From assembly GCA_964608895.1 (NCBI GenBank), contig CAZSPT010000003.1:1-32007 (forward strand): 32,007 nucleotides of DNA. The letters run 5' to 3'. This stretch comes from an uncultured Gammaproteobacteria bacterium (GTDB taxonomy: Bacteria > Patescibacteriota > Patescibacteriia > 2-01-FULL-39-33). Both the position numbers and the translations under genes were made by a program. The notes beneath the pieces are model-generated. The model saw only the letters and a list, made by a program, of their open reading frames with translations. It had not been told where the DNA came from and searched no databases. Of the stretch, positions 29,603-32,007 are shown piece after piece. The first letter of the stretch is position 1. Each line of letters begins with the position of its first letter.

Positions 29603-30448
29603 ATGGCGGTTGCAAACAAAAAAATTTTAGATAGCGTAAAAGATAAACCTTACTTCAACAAGGATAATTTTGTTTTATATCAAAACGACAGTTTGAAATT
29701 TTTAGAACAACTGCCAGAGAATTCTATTGATATGATTTTTGCCGATCCGCCTTATTTCTTATCATCAGGTAGTTTTACTTGCCAAAACGGTAAAATGGTC
29801 AGTGTTAAAAAGGGAAACTGGGATTTAAGCAACGGACTAAAAAAAGATTTTGAATTTCATCTCGACTGGACAAAAGCATGCCATAGAGTTTTAAAACCGG
29901 GCGGAACAATTTGGATTTCGGGAACTTATCATTCTATTTATCAGTGTGGTCTTGCTTTGCAAACTAATAAATTTCATATCTTAAATGATATTGCTTGGTT
30001 CAAACCCAATGCCTCGCCGAATTTAAGTTGCCGTTTTTTTACTGCCAGTCACGAGACGCTTATTTGGGCAAGAAAAGACAAAAAGGGAAGGCATAAATTT
30101 AATTATGATTTGATGAAAAATAGCGATTGGCCAGAGGATTTTATTAAAAAACCGAATTTGCAAATGAGAAGTGTTTGGGCAATTTATCCGCCCAAAAAAG
30201 AAGAAAAGACTTTTGGTAAGCATCCCACCCAAAAACCAATGGATTTATTAAATAGAGTTGTTTTAGCCGGCACAGATAAAAATGATATTGTTTTGGATCC
30301 TTTTACTGGTTCGTCAACTACTGGTTTGGTTTGTATTTTAAATAATAGAAAATTTATCGGCATTGATACGGAAAAAAAGTATTTGGATTTGTCAATTAAA
30401 AGATTTGACGAATTGGCTAAAAAACAAGGCAGTAAGCTAAAATTTTAA
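29603..30448 (+). CDS. Beta-class N6-adenine DNA methyltransferase (DPPY), DpnA/HinfI-like
   Basis: The start is trimmed to ATG 29603, because the longer track ORF runs through the tRNA. Motif IV IFADPPYF comes before motif I LDPFTGSSTTG, which is the beta-class order. Other blocks: GTIWISG, PNLSCRFFTASHETLIWARK and GKHPTQKP. The target sequence cannot be read from the sequence alone. Confidence 0.85.
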   Translation: MAVANKKILDSVKDKPYFNKDNFVLYQNDSLKFLEQLPENSIDMIFADPPYFLSSGSFTCQNGKMVSVKKGNWDLSNGLKKDFEFHLDWTKACHRVLKPGGTIWISGTYHSIYQCGLALQTNKFHILNDIAWFKPNASPNLSCRFFTASHETLIWARKDKKGRHKFNYDLMKNSDWPEDFIKKPNLQMRSVWAIYPPKKEEKTFGKHPTQKPMDLLNRVVLAGTDKNDIVLDPFTGSSTTGLVCILNNRKFIGIDTEKKYLDLSIKRFDELAKKQGSKLKF

Positions 30449-30452
30449 TTTT

Positions 30453-31073
30453 ATGAAAATCGTTACAAGGGCTACGGCCATCAAAAATTTAAAGAAACAC
30501 ATTGGACAAGATTTAGCCGAACTGTCTAAGAAATTTGGAATTACCACCTACAAGAATGGCAAGCAGAACAAGGGTTGGAAAGGTTTAATATTGGAGAGGT
30601 TAGCTGGGCTTGAATGCAATGTTTCTAAGGCGCCAAATGGTTTGTCTTATGAACTAAAATCAGTGGCCTTCCACTATGTAAAAGATAAACTTGTGCCAAA
30701 AGAAACAATGGCAATAACCATGATTAATCCGCAAGAATTGAAAGAACACGATTTCCTTGAAAGCCATTGTTGGGCGAAATTAAAATCAATCGTTTTTTGT
30801 GCTGTTATGTGGCATGGTCAAAATGCGACTAAAGCTGAATTATTGGAAGTAGAAAGTTTAGATTTTCTAGAAGACGATGACTTGATAAAAGAAATTAAAG
30901 CCGATTATGATTTTATTCGAGAAAAATTGATAAAACACGGATTCGAAAGTTTGACGGGCAAAGATGGCAAATGGATTCAAGCAAGAACCAAAGGCCCGGG
31001 ACACGGTTCAATCAGCAGGGCTTTTTACGCCCGAAAAGAATTAGTCGAAAAAATATTCGAAATTGGGGAATAA
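30453..31073 (+). CDS. MutH/Sau3AI-family endonuclease (putative restriction partner of the methyltransferase)
   Basis: 206 aa, starting 4 nt after the methyltransferase stop. NKGWKGLILERLAG...LSYELKSV aligns by eye with MutH DKGWIGVLLEIWLG...LGVELKTI. GKWIQARTKG and RAFYARKEL align with MutH GEYLQIRPKA and RGFYLKKNF. Confidence 0.6.
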   Translation: MKIVTRATAIKNLKKHIGQDLAELSKKFGITTYKNGKQNKGWKGLILERLAGLECNVSKAPNGLSYELKSVAFHYVKDKLVPKETMAITMINPQELKEHDFLESHCWAKLKSIVFCAVMWHGQNATKAELLEVESLDFLEDDDLIKEIKADYDFIREKLIKHGFESLTGKDGKWIQARTKGPGHGSISRAFYARKELVEKIFEIGE

Positions 31074-31094
31074 TTAATTATAGAATAGATATGA

Positions 31095-31970
31095 TAGGGT
31101 AAAGTTCAATATTTGAACCTACGATGATTTAATTATCCGCTTAAACAAAAGGTTTTCCTGCTCTTTTAATGATAGATTTCTATGATTGTATCTCCAGACG
31201 TATTCTCCAAGGTAAATAGGCAGTCTTTTTCGTCTGATTCCGCCCCTGGCCGCCAGCTTTCTTTTCAGGTATCCCCAGAACCCCTCCAGTCCATTGATAT
31301 GGTTTCCTTTCTTATCAGAATACTCAAATTCAGAATGTTTAACCAGTCGATGAACATATCCTCTTAAAGCAATACCGGTATATCCTCTCCAAGTATCGGA
31401 GCAAATAGTTGAACCCTTTCTAACCTGTTTTTCAATCAATGGTTGCAAGTCAACGGCTTCGGTCTTGTCCATTACTTTAGCCCAGACCTTGCCATTGCGG
31501 CAAAGGATGCCAAAGATCGGTTGTTTGATTGTCCCGAATCCTCTGGTTCGCTTGCTTCTTTTCTGATATTTAAGCCGTTCTTGGAGCTTTCGGTTTTTCA
31601 TCTGTCCGCCCAGATAGGTTTCGTCCACTTCGACATAGCCGTCAAAGACATCAGGCAGATCTTTGGTCATTTCCATTCTTAACAGCGTTAATGTTTTTAA
31701 CAATTTGTATTTAGAAACATTAACTCTGGCCAGAATGATATTGGTGGAATGTTCCAGGATTAATTCAGAGATGATTTGTTTAAGAATCTTATTCGGAATA
31801 CTCGCTTGGTTTGTTTTAGGAGTGAAAAGACAACGGCAATTTCTGCATTTCAATCTCTTGTCAGATACTTTCCAAAATTTAGATTTAGAACACTTAGGAC
31901 ACTTGGTTTGAAATGAATTCATGATGATAGAATTTTATCATCTTTGGTTCACTTTTCAAACTTTACCCTA
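31095..31970 (-). mobile_element. IS1595-family insertion sequence (876 bp)
   Basis: Terminal inverted repeats: 31095 TAGGGTAAAGTTcaatattTGAACC against the reverse complement of 31946-31970, TAGGGTAAAGTTtgaaaagTGAACC. The first 12 bp are perfect and 19 of 25 match overall. It contains one transposase gene. I found no convincing target-site duplication. Confidence 0.8.
31119..31922 (-). CDS. IS1595-family (ISXO2-like) DDE transposase with N-terminal zinc ribbon
   Basis: 267 aa. Motifs: CPKCSKSKFWKV...CRNCRCLF, VEVDETYLGG, IFGILCRNGKVWAKV, ICSDTWRGY, HINGLEGFWGYLKRKL and YLGEYVWRYNHRN. Confidence 0.85.
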   Translation of the reverse strand: MNSFQTKCPKCSKSKFWKVSDKRLKCRNCRCLFTPKTNQASIPNKILKQIISELILEHSTNIILARVNVSKYKLLKTLTLLRMEMTKDLPDVFDGYVEVDETYLGGQMKNRKLQERLKYQKRSKRTRGFGTIKQPIFGILCRNGKVWAKVMDKTEAVDLQPLIEKQVRKGSTICSDTWRGYTGIALRGYVHRLVKHSEFEYSDKKGNHINGLEGFWGYLKRKLAARGGIRRKRLPIYLGEYVWRYNHRNLSLKEQENLLFKRIIKSS

Positions 31971-32007
31971 AAATATTTTTAATTGAAGCAAAACACCTTA
32001 ACACATC

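Noticed and set aside
31087-31978. Target-site duplication flanking the IS1595-family element
   Set aside because: The flanks (agatatga on the left, aaatattt on the right) do not match, so no duplication can be claimed. The insertion may be old, or recombination between copies may have occurred.

Overview
Gene-dense chromosomal segment of a small-genome bacterium that uses the standard genetic code (TGA ends several well-conserved genes). The gene repertoire suggests Patescibacteria/CPR or a similar monoderm lineage: a type IV pilus operon with no secretin, VirB2/TrbC-like two-helix proteins and many orphan membrane or secreted proteins. This placement is inference only. Layout: (i) 1-15340, minus strand, is one co-directional pilus block: 1295-aa tail-fibre-like secreted protein, 611-aa Cys-dense secreted protein, pilM, an unusually long pilN, pilO, a pilP-like gene, pilB, a receiver domain, pilC, an orphan, a type IV pilin, a pilin-like protein with no prepilin signal, and pilD (cut by the window edge). 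(ii) 15520-19553 (+) encodes LemA, HtpX and ClpC. (iii) 19620-23953 (+) is a five-gene envelope operon: a disordered membrane protein, a TolB-like propeller, a DsbA-like protein with a CxxS site, and two tandem VirB2/TrbC-like genes whose 5' 367 bp are 366/367 identical while their 3' halves are unrelated. (iv) radA, a small Zn-ribbon gene behind a perfect consensus promoter, mpg, a 69-aa orphan, recG, tRNA-Arg(GCG) and a membrane protein follow. (v) tRNA-Ser(UGA) is followed by a visibly AT-richer islet carrying a beta-class N6-adenine methyltransferase, a MutH/Sau3AI-like nuclease and an IS1595-family element with 25-bp imperfect terminal inverted repeats. I saw no rRNA, CRISPR array, reverse transcriptase or prophage. 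The best candidates for something new are the pilus block headed by giant secreted proteins, the PilN with a duplicated INLLP motif and charged spacer, and the twin shared-N-module genes. All family assignments come from reading motifs by eye; no searches were run.
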